Notes: a model not told the origin generated them from the letters alone. A stretch of DNA of 64,000 nt from Octopus vulgaris (GCA_951406725.2 OX597838.1:33046001-33110000); one strand, 5' to 3'; positions 40,842 to 54,540 are shown, counted from the first letter of the stretch. Translations and numbers: made by a program.

Positions 40842-41394
40842 CACACACACACACACGCATATATATATATGTGTGCATATTCATATACATACATATATAT
40901 AGAGCCAGACAGACATTCATACACACACACACACACTAGAATGCGCCGATAATTAGTGGCAAGAGGAAATCTTTCGGGAGTTTTCAAACAAAAATAAATA
41001 TTAAAAAATAGAAAGTTAAAAAATAAAAAAATAAAAATAAAATAACCAACAACGAGTCAACAACAACAAAAAAACCCCCACATGAACAACAAACAACAGT
41101 AACAACGGTTAATAACATCATAAACAACAACACCAACAACAGCAGCAACGACAACAACAAAGTAGAAAGACAAAAACCCTTTTATTTTTAAAACTTAAAA
41201 TGGCGGAAAAGAACAAAAAGCTTTCTTTCTTCCAAAGAAATTTCTAAATCCATATTGTTGACGGCGTTACTATTATTATATATATATACATGTACACTCG
41301 TTCATTGTATTAGCCCTTATTGTCATCGCTGCTCTTGTTGTTGTTGTTGTGGTGGTGGTGGTGGTGGTGGAGGTTTTTCGATATTGTTGCGGTC

Positions 41395-41512
41395 GTTGTT
41401 GTTCTTGTGCGTTGTTGTTGTTCTTGTGCGTTGTTGTTGTTCTTGTGCGTTGTTGTTGTCCTTGTGCGTTGTTGTTGTTCTTGTGCGTTGTTGTTGTTCT
41501 TGTGCGTTGTTG
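41395..41512. repeat. 19-bp tandem repeat (GTTGTTGTTGTTCTTGTGC) x6
   Basis: Direct observation. Confidence 0.85.
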
Positions 41513-41831
41513 ATGTTTTAGTTGTAGAAATTTGGGTGTGTTGTTTGTTGTTTGTTAATGTTGTTGATTGTTCTTTTTACAACTATTTCTGCTGCTGCCG
41601 CCGCCGCCGCTGCCGCCGTCGTCGTCGTCGTCGTTGTTGTTGTTGTTGTTGATGTTGCTGTTGTTGTCTTCAATGCTTCTCAGATATTTTATTTATAATC
41701 TCCACAGAGTCAAAATTAGATCTGGTAGCTTTATTCTTAATGTTCTACATTTTATACACACTCACACACATGGAATACATCAGAGTATATACATGTGTGT
41801 GTGTGTGTACACATACATATGCATATATACT

Positions 41832-41898
<67 letters not shown>

Positions 41899-43074
41899 TA
41901 TAAATTTAAAATATGGTTATGTATATATATGCGTGTGGTGTTACAGTTACAGCCTATTTTGCATTTCTTAAGTGTTTCTATTTTCGCTCAGAGTTGTAAA
42001 ATATCTTCGCCTCTCTCTTTACCCGTCTGTCTGTGCACACACAAACACACACACACACACACACACATACACACATATACACACGTGTATACAAACTCGT
42101 ACATATATATTTATTTAATGAGGGCGAACAATCTTGGGTGTGAACCTTCTATTCTTTCATTGCATCTGTTACACGCGTTTCAGTCCCCGCTAAACTGGAT
42201 GATGACACTGTATAAACGCAACCCTTAAACGGATTGCATTTATGGACACTTCTTCCGGACACAAGAAAAAAATTCTTCTGTGTGAGGAAAATGTTCGGCT
42301 TTGATTATGTACGCTGAACTTATAATGTTGCATTTATAGTTTGCATTTATTATATGACATTTTTGAATTACCGAACTCTGAAACATGCGTAATAAATGTA
42401 ATAAAGGAATATCCATTTTATGCCCTCTCTTTTATTCTCTTTTACTTGTTTCAGTCATTTTGAACTCAGAGCCTGCAGACAGACTATGCGCTTTCTCATG
42501 ATGCCAGCCCGCTGAGAAGGCGAACAGGCCAAGAAAGTCCGTCGCAAGGTTGCCAGTTTGCAGCTGTGCGCTGTGGAGCAACGTGATACGAAGTGTTTCG
42601 CTTAAGAACTGACGGTCTGGGAATCGAAACCACGGTCTAGCGATCGTGAGTGCAACACCCTAAGCATTAGACCACCCACCTTCACACATACACCTTCATA
42701 CATACATACACACACACACACAGATGCAGGCAGGCACGCACCCACACACACATACACACACAGCGTCATACACATACGCGTGCGCACGTGCAGAGCACGT
42801 AAGTTTGTTTATAAATTAATTAGTTGCGTCATTAACAAAATAATGTCCTTATTAAGAAAAGGCTAATTTATAAGCAGAATTGTAAGCAGATCACACTATC
42901 AAATAACAAGATGTTGCGTCACATTCGTACCCTGTAAGTTTTAAAATTTAGGACAATACCATAACATTGTCCTAAGCAAATCATAAACGTTAAAAGTCAT
43001 TCAAAAGTGTTTCGTAATCTCTGAAGATTTACCAATGAAATCTACTTAAATGACCATCACTTACATAACGGATA

Positions 43075-43655
43075 TTCTTTTCTACTCTAGGCACAAGGCC
43101 CGAAATTTTGGGGAAAGGGGCCAGTCAATTAGATAGACCCAGTACGCAACTGGTACTTAATTTATCGATCCAGAATGGATGAAAGGCAAAGTTACCTCGG
43201 CGAAATTTGAACTTAGAACGTAAAAAGAGACGAAAACCTATTTCTTTACTACCCACAAGGGACTAAACACAGAGGGGACAAACAAGTACAGACAAACGGA
43301 TTAAGTCGATTATATCGACCCCAGTGCGTAACTGGTACTTATTCAATCTACCCCGAAAGGATGAAAGGCAAAATCGACCTCGGTGGAATTTGAACTCAGA
43401 ACGTAGCGGCAAATGAAATACCTATTTCTTTACTACCCACAAGGGGCTAAACACAAAGAAGACAAACAAGGACAGACAAACGGGTTAAGTCGATTACATC
43501 GACCCAAGTGCACAACTGGTACTTATTTAATCGACCCCGAAAGAATGAAAGGCAAAGTCGACCTCGGCGGAATTTGAACTCAGAACGTAGCAGCAGACGA
43601 AATACCGCTAAGCATTTCGCCCGGCGTGCTACCGTTTCCGCCACCTCGCCACCTT
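43075..43655 (-). mobile_element. SINE family B trimer (one head, three bodies)
   Basis: Junctions tail-GAAATA|GGT(A)TTTC at 43423/43422 and 43239/43238. The last body has the other tail type. Confidence 0.85.
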
Positions 43656-43938
43656 TTACGTAACGGATATTGTCATTATTATTAATGAAATACTCGTAAG
43701 ATGACGCCACTAAAAAAACTTTAGTGTTTTCTCTCTTCTGCATGTACTCTGTGATCTCTCCGACTGAAAAGACCTGTGACAGGAAGTCTGGACATTAATA
43801 CGGGTTCTCCTCTCAGTTTTCTCTTTTGATATGAAGGAACGTACGTGGAGTTGTTCTTAATACTGATTATGTGTCATGCAACTTTAAGTCACACTGTGGG
43901 TGCGCGCGAGTGCTTACATATATGTATTTGTATATAAA

Positions 43939-44034
<96 letters not shown>

Positions 44035-44164
44035 CATATATACATATATATACGACGGGCTTCTTTCAGTTTCCGTCTACCAAATCCACTCACAAGGCTT
44101 TGGTCGGCCCGAGGCTATAGTAGAAGATACTTGCCCAAGGTGCCACACAACTATATCTGCGCCT

Positions 44165-44222
<58 letters not shown>

Positions 44223-44224
44223 TA

Positions 44225-44940
44225 ATAAATAAAATATATGCATACATACATACATATATGAACGTACCTACATCTACATGTATATATACATGCATATATA
44301 AATATATATACGTGAGTACAGGACACCACAAGTAGACGTAGAACTTAACGAGAAACGAAAACGTAAAAACAAACATGGAAACGGACCTTTTTTAACAACG
44401 AAAAAACAGAGTACAAGACAAACTACACAAGGAAAATTCCCCTTCATCAGCTGTCCCTAGTTCAACTCCAGCGTGTTTCGAAGGTGAGGACAGAACACGA
44501 CTCGTCTAACTAGTCCTTCCTGCGAAAGAATTAAATAAAATTACTTCGCAGAGGGGTAAAAACAAGGAAAGAAAAAAAATGTGACAAAAACAGGACGTAA
44601 AAACGATACAAATAAAATTACAAAATAAAATACAAAATAAAAATACAATTACCAAAAAATACCGTATAAGAAATAAAAACAAACAAGAAAACAAACAATG
44701 AGAGCCTTTTTTTGGCCTAGACGAGGAAAGATTCTTAAGAGCGCAAGAGGAACGTGTGTTCACTGCTAGGAGGCCGAAGGCGAAAGGAAGTAGTCGCCCG
44801 GCTGTGAGAGAGATGAGGAGGAGTGAGAGAGAGAGAGAGAGACATAGAGGCAGACAAGCGGCTGTGAGAGAGATGAGGAGGAGTGAGAGAGAGAGAGAGA
44901 TAGGGAAGGAAGGGAAGGTCAAGCAAAGGGTTATAGAGTT
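44225..44940 (-). mobile_element. PLE pseudo-LTR family P1, divergent longer copy
   Basis: Homologous to 13829-14250, with many substitutions. Confidence 0.7.
44439..44513 (-). ncRNA. Candidate non-circularly permuted hammerhead ribozyme (family P1, divergent copy)
   Basis: Minus strand: CTAGTT-AGACGAGT-CGTGTT^CTGTCC-TCA-CCTTC-GAAACACG-CTGGAGTTG-AACTAG-GGACAG-CTGATGA-AGGGG. Confidence 0.7.
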
Positions 44941-44988
44941 TCGCGTCATAATTATATATAAAAATTTACTTGGAGGAAACGAAACGAA

Positions 44989-45012
<24 letters not shown>

Positions 45013-45020
<8 letters not shown>

Positions 45021-45150
45021 TATAAAAATACAAAATGGGACAAGAACGCAAAACATTCAAATAGACGATACAAAAAACGGACGGGTCATTCGAAGCCTCT
45101 AATCTTCAGTCAAGAACCGGATCATCCTCGCAATTTCGGCTGATTAATCT
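45013..45150 (-). mobile_element. PLE pseudo-LTR family P2, 5'-truncated
   Basis: Near-identical to 51374-51508. Confidence 0.75.
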
Positions 45151-45393
45151 ATCTATCTATATATAAAATATAGTTAATTCGAGAGAGTTAAGACCTTATT
45201 AGGGATTATATAATCTAAGATATTTCCCTGGTTCAATCCGTATCATATAATTGTAAAGTCATTTGTATATGTTTAGGATTGTTGAAATTATTAGACACAG
45301 GGAAAAACAAGGAGAATAAATGGAGGAAATTACTGATTTATTTGCACATACTCCAAGCACACATAAGAATGAAAAGTTTTTGGTAGTATACTG

Positions 45394-45449
<56 letters not shown>

Positions 45450-45596
45450 CATTATTATTATTATTATCATTATTATCATTATTATTATTATCATTATTAT
45501 TATTATCATTATTATTATTATTATCATTATTATTATTATCATTATTATCATTATTTATTATTATTATTATTATTATCATTATTATTATTATTATCA

Positions 45597-45627
<31 letters not shown>

Positions 45628-45641
45628 GAGAGCGATGATAA

Positions 45642-45676
<35 letters not shown>

Positions 45677-45992
45677 ATAAATATAATCAGTGAGGAGTAA
45701 TGAATATATATCCTAATTTGTTTTTCGTTAATTTAAGGAAATGAAATGAAATAACGTTGAACTATTTAGGGCTTTTATATAGTGTTCTTCGGCAGTCAAT
45801 AACTGTGTCTAGGATGAGGTGGTGGTGGTGGCGGTGGTGATGGTGGTGATGGTGGCGGTGGTTGTGGTGGTGGTGGTGGTGCTGGCAATGGTGATGGTGC
45901 TGGTGATGATAGTGAGGGTGGTAGTGGTGTGGTGCTGGTGGTGGTGGGGATGGTGGCGTGGGTGACGATGATAATGAAGAATATGTTGATAG

Positions 45993-46024
<32 letters not shown>

Positions 46025-46745
46025 CTAATAATAATGAAGATGATGATGATGCTAATAATAATGATGGTAATGATGATGATGACGTCGATGAACGTGATGA
46101 TGACAAGCACGATGCTGATTATGGTGGTGTTGATGATGATGATGATGATGATGAAGGTGATTAAGAGAATGATGATGATGGCGATAAGATGGCGAGAACA
46201 ATAACGATTCTGGCGGCGGTGGTGGTGGTGGTGGTGGTGGTGGTGGTGGTGGTGTTCATGGTGCTGGTGATGGCTGTGATGATGGTGATGACGGTGATAA
46301 TGATGATGATGATGATGATGATGACGATGAAGACGATGATGACGATAAGATGACGAAGACAATGACGAAGCCGGTGGTGGCGGTGGTGGTGGTGATGGTG
46401 GTGGCGGCGGTGGTAGCGTTGCTGCTGCTGCTGCTGCAGATGATGATGATGATGATGATGATGATTATGATTATACAAACTATACGCTGCTGACTCGGGT
46501 GTATAAAACAACAACAACAGCAACAACAACCACGGTCATGTTTTGATACTGAGTGCCCTGACTCCCTCTTCCCACCACCCTTCCTCCTACCGCAACTCTC
46601 TCCCTCCCTCCTTCCCTCCCACACTCCCTCCCTCCCTCCTTCTCTCTCATCTCTTTTTTATGATGAACACATTTAGTCACTCATACAGCAAATGACAGAC
46701 AACCAGACGTGGCTCGTCATCCGAATATGATGAACGGATAAGATA

Positions 46746-46802
<57 letters not shown>

Positions 46803-47364
46803 GTGTATGCGTGTGTGTGTGTGTGTGTACAATGCACATGCAAAACATTTGCATATGCATGCGTGTATATATCTATATATCTCTGTATATATATACACAC
46901 ATATATATATGCATATATATATGTGTGTATATATATATATACATATATATATGTACATATATATGTATATATGTGTGTGTGAGTGTGTATTTCTATATCA
47001 ATATCTTTATATATGTATGTATATATGTATGTATGTATGTATATATATATATATGTATATATATATGTGTATGTATATATATACATAGATATATATATAT
47101 ATATGTATGTATATGTATGTATATGTGTATATATATATACATATATGTATATACATACATACATATATATATATATACATACATATATATGTATATATAT
47201 TTAAACGTATATGTATATATATATATATATATATATAAGCGGAAGCATCTAGTCCTAAGTATTTGTATTTAGGTTGCTTTCTGTAATAAGCACACGCTTG
47301 TAAATATTTACACACATAAATGTGTGTGTATGTATATTATATATATATATATATATAATGTATG

Positions 47365-47400
<36 letters not shown>

Positions 47401-47681
47401 TGTATAGCACATATATATGCCGTCTCTCTGTACGTACAATGAGCGCCTACTCCTCCACAGATATTTATAAGTCCTTAATGATTTGTAGATGTCTGCTGTG
47501 TTTTGAGAGATGTGAAGCTGCCGTGGTAGGTCAGTGCAAATTGTGGTGTGGGTGGTGGGAAGTCTGTTGTGGTTGTTATTGCTGCTGCTGTTGATGGTGA
47601 TGGTGATGGTTGTGGTGGCGGTGTTAGTCGTTGTAGGAGGGGGGGTGCGATGATGTAGATAGAGAGGGAGGTCTTTACATA

Positions 47682-47782
47682 GTGTCTTCTACTATAGCCT
47701 CGGGCCGACCAAAGCCTTGTGAGTGGATTTGGTAGACGGAAACTGAAAGAAGCCTATTGTATATGTATATATATATATATGT

Positions 47783-47822
<40 letters not shown>

Positions 47823-48030
47823 TTGTGTGTCCGTGTTTGTCCCCCCCAACATTGTTTGACAACTGATGGTGGTGTATTTACGTCCCCGTAACTTAGTGGT
47901 TCGGCAAAAGAGAACCGATAGAATAAGTACTAGGCTTACAAAGAATAAGTCCTGGGGGTCGATATGCTCGATTAAAGGCGGTGCTCCAGCGTGGCCGCAG
48001 TCAAATGACTGAAACGAGTAAAAGATGAAG
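47682..48030 (+). mobile_element. 5'-truncated SINE family A
   Basis: Match to the family A consensus. Another tail lies at 52800-52985. Confidence 0.8.
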
Positions 48031-48051
48031 AAAAAAGAGAAAAAATAAAAG

Positions 48052-48234
<183 letters not shown>

Positions 48235-48239
48235 CAGAC

Positions 48240-48294
<55 letters not shown>

Positions 48295-49238
48295 GGGAAT
48301 AGGTTCGAGAGAGTTCCTTCGACAAAAGGGGGAAAAAAGAGAGAAGCGTAAAGAAAAATAGGAGATGGTTGACAAATAAACGGGGTAAGTGTGGTCAGGT
48401 GTTAAGAAGAGAAGGAGAGAAGGAGGAGGAACTGGAGTAAGGAGAAGAGGAGGAGGTAGAAGAAGAGGACTTGTAAAGGTTTCCATTTCAAATTCGACAT
48501 TTTGTGGTTATTGTCGTTGTAAATAGACCTGTACTCGAAAGACATTCCAGCCGTGACCAACATGTGTTTTTCGTCAATAGATACATTGTATTTCGCAAAT
48601 CACATCAAATCGTTTTCTAAAGAAATAGATGTTTCTTTAGAAAACCGAATTGGTGTAATTTGAGAGTTATTTGGCTACGATTCCTAGCATACTCATTGAC
48701 CACATACATGTTTCCATGGTTGTTGCTCGCGTTGTTCATGTTGCAGCGATTGTTGTTATTGTCGCTGCTGCTGCTGTTGCTGACGTTGCTGTTGTTATTG
48801 TTGTTGCAGTCGTTGTTGCTGTTATTGTTGTGGCTATTTCTATCGTTATTGTTGTTCTGTCCCCCGCCATCTTGAAAATCTGCTGGATGACATTGTCGAA
48901 CCTTTTGTTAATTTTTTTACTTGTTAGTTGAGAGAGTGGAATGTGTTTTGAAGGAATTCGGCTGCTCTTTCTAGCAGTACGAGGTAATGTGTCGAGGCGT
49001 CCTTGTTGTTGCTACTGTTACAGTGGTGTGAGTAGAGGAGTGGTGGTGGTGATGGTGTCGAGGTTTCTATGATGTAGTCGTGGTGGCAGTTGTGGTAAGA
49101 CGGTTGTGTGAGTTGTGGTGGTGGTGGTGGCGTTCGTTGTGGTGGTGGTGTTAGTTGTTGGTGGCTGTGATGGCGGTGGTGGTGGTGATGTTGGTGGTGT
49201 TGGTTGCGGTGGTGGTGGTGATTATGGAGGTGACAAGG

Positions 49239-49290
<52 letters not shown>

Positions 49291-49679
49291 AAATAATAGT
49301 AGTAGTAGTTGTAGTAGTCGTAGTAGTAGTAGTAGTCGTTGTAGTCGTAGTAGTAATAGTAGTAGTAGTTGTGGTGTTGGTTGCGGTGGAGTTGGTGGTG
49401 ATTATGGGAGTACTGTTATGTCAGCTGGGATGAACCATCATCATCATGGTCATCATAAAGAAGATGATGATGATGATGATCTTTATCATCATCATCATCA
49501 ACTACTGTCACAGTACAAGAGACATCATCGAAAGATGAATCACAACATTTTGGGAGATGGGATGGGGGATGGGGGAAGGTTTGGAGTTTGTTGTGAATAG
49601 GATATAAATAAAACAATGGGCCTTGACATACACACACATAAACACACACACACACACAACTATGTATGCATGCATCTAC

Positions 49680-49772
<93 letters not shown>

Positions 49773-49779
49773 CATCTAT

Positions 49780-50864
49780 GTCGCGTTGCTCTCAAGCAAC
49801 TCTGCCGTCCTGGGTCGACCTTAAGTGACTTCAACACAACCAAAGCATTCTATAGGGGTTTAGTGGAGGGGAGGTACGACGACGAGCTCGGGGCGAACCT
49901 GGACGTCGACGAGGAGTACCTGACCCGCCTGTTCAGGACGACTTTCGGGCCAGGGCCCATGGACAACTTCCAGAGATCCCTGGCCTGGCAGTGCTACCGA
50001 GAAGCGCTACCCGTTCGGGATAAGCTCTACAGACACGGCTCGAGAAACACGGGGCCGACCTGCCCGAGATGCGGTCAGAGCGACGAAACCGTTCTGCACG
50101 CACTCGTTCAGTGTCCAACAATTTCCGACCTGTGGGCTTATGTCGAACAACTGCTGTCACGTGTGGGACGAGTCGGTTTATCAGCTGAGTCTATCGTCAA
50201 TATTGTCACGCCTCCTTCCTTCAAACGGGAAGGAAGAGCTATTTTCATCATCCTTGTGGCTATGGCGAAAGAATGTATCTGGTGGACGCGTCTGAAAGGA
50301 TTGGAGACAAACACTTTCCTCTCTGGTCAATCTCTCATCAACTTCTTCAAGTACCACTTGAAAAGGAAAGTGAGAGTAGAGAGGCAAGTTTTGTCTAGCG
50401 AATGTTTTAAAAAAGATGGGTGAATGTAGCAAGAATGGCACGTATGAATGACGAAGCCACCTTGAGCATAGTCCTATGAACCCAGAAATCGAAAACAGAG
50501 AGTTGCTTATTTGCAAAAAAAAAAAAAAAAAAAAAAGAAATATAAAATGTGACTTCATTGACCGAGGTTACCGTGGTCTTTTCCGTAGGCTTTTCTTTCC
50601 ACGGGTAAACCTCACCTGTCCTCCCCTTTACACTTCATATTGACATTTCTGTGATAACGATCCCTATTGATCAATTTTTTTCTCTCTCCCCCTTTTTTTA
50701 ACCCCCCTTTTTTTGTCCTCTTTCTCTCCTTTTACGATCCCTTTGATCGAAACTCCCCCTTCCTTTTTTTTTTTTTTTTTTTTTTTTTTAAACCTTCAAA
50801 ATAAAAGCTCTACCTTGTAATTTGTTCTATCTGTGTGCAGCCCTGTGTGGCTAATAAAGAAACA
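49780..50864 (+). pseudogene. 5'-truncated Tx1/L1-clade LINE (zf-RVT domain + 3' UTR) inserted in (TATC)n
   Basis: AWQCYREALPVRDKL...TCPRCGQSDETVLHALVQCP..DLW...AKECIWWTR (CCHC zinc-binding RT C-terminus). Pyrimidine-rich 3' UTR with AATAAA; (TATC)n on both sides. Confidence 0.88.
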
Positions 50865-50972
<108 letters not shown>

Positions 50973-50973
50973 C

Positions 50974-51015
<42 letters not shown>

Positions 51016-51024
51016 GTCTGTCTC

Positions 51025-51213
<189 letters not shown>

Positions 51214-51309
51214 ATATATATATATGTATAAAAATATATATTAAAAAAATATATATATATATATATGTATAAAAATATATATAAATATATATATATATAT
51301 ATAATAAAA

Positions 51310-51373
<64 letters not shown>

Positions 51374-51381
<8 letters not shown>

Positions 51382-51675
51382 TAAAAATACAAAATGGGGC
51401 AAGAACGCAAAACATTCAAATAGACGACACAAAAAACGGACGGGTCATTCGAAGCCTCTAATCTTCAGTCAAGAACCGGATCATCCTCGCAATTTCGGCT
51501 GATTAATCGTGAGATTGCTCCGATCCGGCCAGCCCCAAGGAAAAACTAAGCTACGAGCATTAGATTTCTTCGAAAAAGGAACGAATGTATACGAAACAAG
51601 GACAGAAAAACAGACGATGCCACACGAATACTAATACAAAAAACAAAAGGTAATACGAATATAAATACAAAAAAC

Positions 51676-51712
<37 letters not shown>

Positions 51713-51830
51713 GGGCAAAAACAACAGGCGTCTTTCGACTTTAGACAGTTCAACTTAGCTTAGCTGGCGTATTTGGAAAATAATGCCTTACGACAGACGA
51801 AAAAGTCGATGTTGTCGTGGCGGCGCTATA
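51374..51830 (-). mobile_element. PLE pseudo-LTR family P2
   Basis: Flanked by (TA)n, with a second copy at 45013-45150. Contains a permuted hammerhead-like motif. Confidence 0.65.
51453..51528 (-). ncRNA. Candidate non-circularly permuted hammerhead ribozyme (family P2)
   Basis: Minus strand: CCGGATC-GGA-GCAATC^TCACGA-TTAATC-AGCC-GAAATTGC-GAGGAT-GATCCGG-T-TCTTGA-CTGAAGA-TTAGA-GGCT. Confidence 0.6.
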
Positions 51831-51948
51831 TATATTTCTACATACATACAAATATATATGCATGTACGCATGTATGTATGTATGTATGTATGTATGTATG
51901 TATGTATGTATGTATGTATGTATGTATATATATGTATATATATATATG

Positions 51949-51981
<33 letters not shown>

Positions 51982-52158
51982 TTAATTGGCAAATTAAATT
52001 TAAAGTGAATTTAACGGTTTTTGTGTGTTCTTAAATGGGTTATAAACACCTTCCACGCTGCAATTGTTTTTGTTTCAGCACACGATCTCAGATCAGGTCA
52101 CCTGCTATGCAAGTACATCTCCGTAATATATATATACATACATACATACATACATATA

Positions 52159-52217
<59 letters not shown>

Positions 52218-52623
52218 TTATTTATATGTATGTGTGTGTGCGTGTGTGTGTGTACATAAACATACACATACACACACACGCATATATACACACATATATG
52301 CACTTAAAGTTTTCCTAGAATAGAGAAAGGCTTAAGTGGAAAATGTCTCGTTGGTTCGAGACGGTGTCGAGTGGGTGACACACTGGGATTGATCGCACAT
52401 CCTCTACACCGGAAAAGGAAGGCATATTCAAGCCACCTTACCAACATTCCTGGGTTATGAGGATATTTCCTCTGCACCAAGTAGCAAATGGCTCTCGGAG
52501 AACTTACTGGAATCTACTGTTTTAAGGGGTTGACACATGCGCACGCACAGACCCGTATATATATGTCTGTGTGTGGGTGTGGGTGTGCACATGCATACAT
52601 ACGTGCGTATATACATACATACG

Positions 52624-52773
<150 letters not shown>

Positions 52774-53159
52774 TATGTATTTATGTGTGTGTATATGTTT
52801 GTGTGTCTGTGTTTGTCTCCCCAACCGATGCCGGGGTGTTTACGTTCCCGTAACTTAGTGGTTCAGCAAAAAGCGAGCCGATAGAATAAGTACTAAGCTT
52901 ACAAAGAATAAGTCCTGGGGTCGATTTGCTCAACTAAAGGTGGTGCTCCAGGAAATGACTAAAACAAGTAAAAGAGTAAAAGAGTATTTATGTGTCTATC
53001 CCATGTACTCTTGTATCATTTCTTCATGGTCCTTGTTTTGGGATGAACTCTTAATCCTTGCTCTTTGCTCAATTCACTAAGCTTTCCCGGAAAATGATTG
53101 AAGTGATTGTGGAAACAGTGGACCTTTGTGTTTGTACTAAAATTGAGGCTTCATGAATA

Positions 53160-53606
53160 GCTGCAAAGGATCCACACCATTAATGGAGAGTACTATGCCA
53201 ACTTGTTGAGGCAGTTATGAAAAGCTATCAAGTCCAAACGCCCAGGAAAACTAAACGACAGGGATCTTGTTTCATCAGGACAATGCTCCAGCAAACAAGT
53301 CTTTGGTTTCAATGGTTGTTGTCCGAGACTGCGGTTTTGAACTTCATTACCCTCCCTATTTTATCGATTTGGCCGCATTTGAAAAAAAAAAACCCCACTG
53401 GGCTTGGACGCAATATTGCTGCGATGATGATGTTATGTCTGCCATTGTGAGGACTTTTTTGACCAACAGGATGAAAACTTCTTCAGCAATGGGGCAATGG
53501 CAAACCAAACACTGCGACACCGATGCAAGAGATGTGTGGACCTCATTTGGTCACACTCCATGTGAATATCTTGGTCGCCCGATGAACTTTTCAGCCGAAC
53601 CTCGTA
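53160..53606 (+). pseudogene. mariner transposase 3' remnant with right TIR
   Basis: TINGEYYANLLRQL*KAIKSKRPGK...LFHQDNAPA...PPYFIDLA (degenerate YSPDLAP). It ends GAACTTTTCAGCCGAACCTCGTA. Confidence 0.85.
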
Positions 53607-53783
53607 TATTGTTAACGTCATAAGAATTTTGGAGAGAATAATTCTCTCTTGAAATTGAGTTCTCGAAATATATATATATATATATATATAATCCAAAATG
53701 ATCCTTAGAATTTCTCTTTTCTCAGTGAGAAATGTACGCTGTTGGTGTCGTTAGAATTTATAAACTTATATACTACTACTACA

Positions 53784-53875
<92 letters not shown>

Positions 53876-53878
53876 CAC

Positions 53879-53968
<90 letters not shown>

Positions 53969-54027
53969 TAATACTAATAATAATAATAATAATAGTGATA
54001 ATATAAATAATATATATATATATATAT

Positions 54028-54090
<63 letters not shown>

Positions 54091-54314
54091 TAATAAAAGA
54101 ATTCCAACCTTGTCTGATTTTCACGTTTTATTTACAATCTTATAATGATATATTATAAGATAATATATTATAATTGAATAAAATAAAATGAAATAGTAGA
54201 ATGTTAAATATTCATTCTGATTGAACTAGTACTTTCATGCATTGAATTCTGCAATCTTCGGGTTCATGTAGTAGTGTTGACAGTCATGCTTCACAATTTT
54301 TGACTATATATATA

Positions 54315-54540
54315 CATACACCGTCGTCGGCGGTGTTTTATCATGTCTCCGATAATTTATTTGGTTTCTACTTGACCACTTCTTCCCCCTCTGTCCGTGT
54401 TTCGGCCTCTGGTGACTAATGAGGCCGATTCTTGCATGAAAGTGTCCACTACAAAGTTCACAAGGGATCCATGTTGGACGCTTTGGTTGTTGCAGCCGCC
54501 ATTTTCTTTTGTTGTCGTTTCACTTCCTCTTTCCTCTGAA
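54315..54540 (-). pseudogene. RTE-clade LINE extreme 3' remnant
   Basis: The minus strand encodes KRQQKK...[14 protein letters not shown], the C-terminal zinc-finger-like motif of RTE ORFs. Confidence 0.6.

Noticed and set aside
54404-54445. CTAATGAGGCCG...GAAAG resembling a hammerhead core
   Set aside because: It is the reverse complement of the RTE coding motif RIGLISH, and no consistent stems I/III form.
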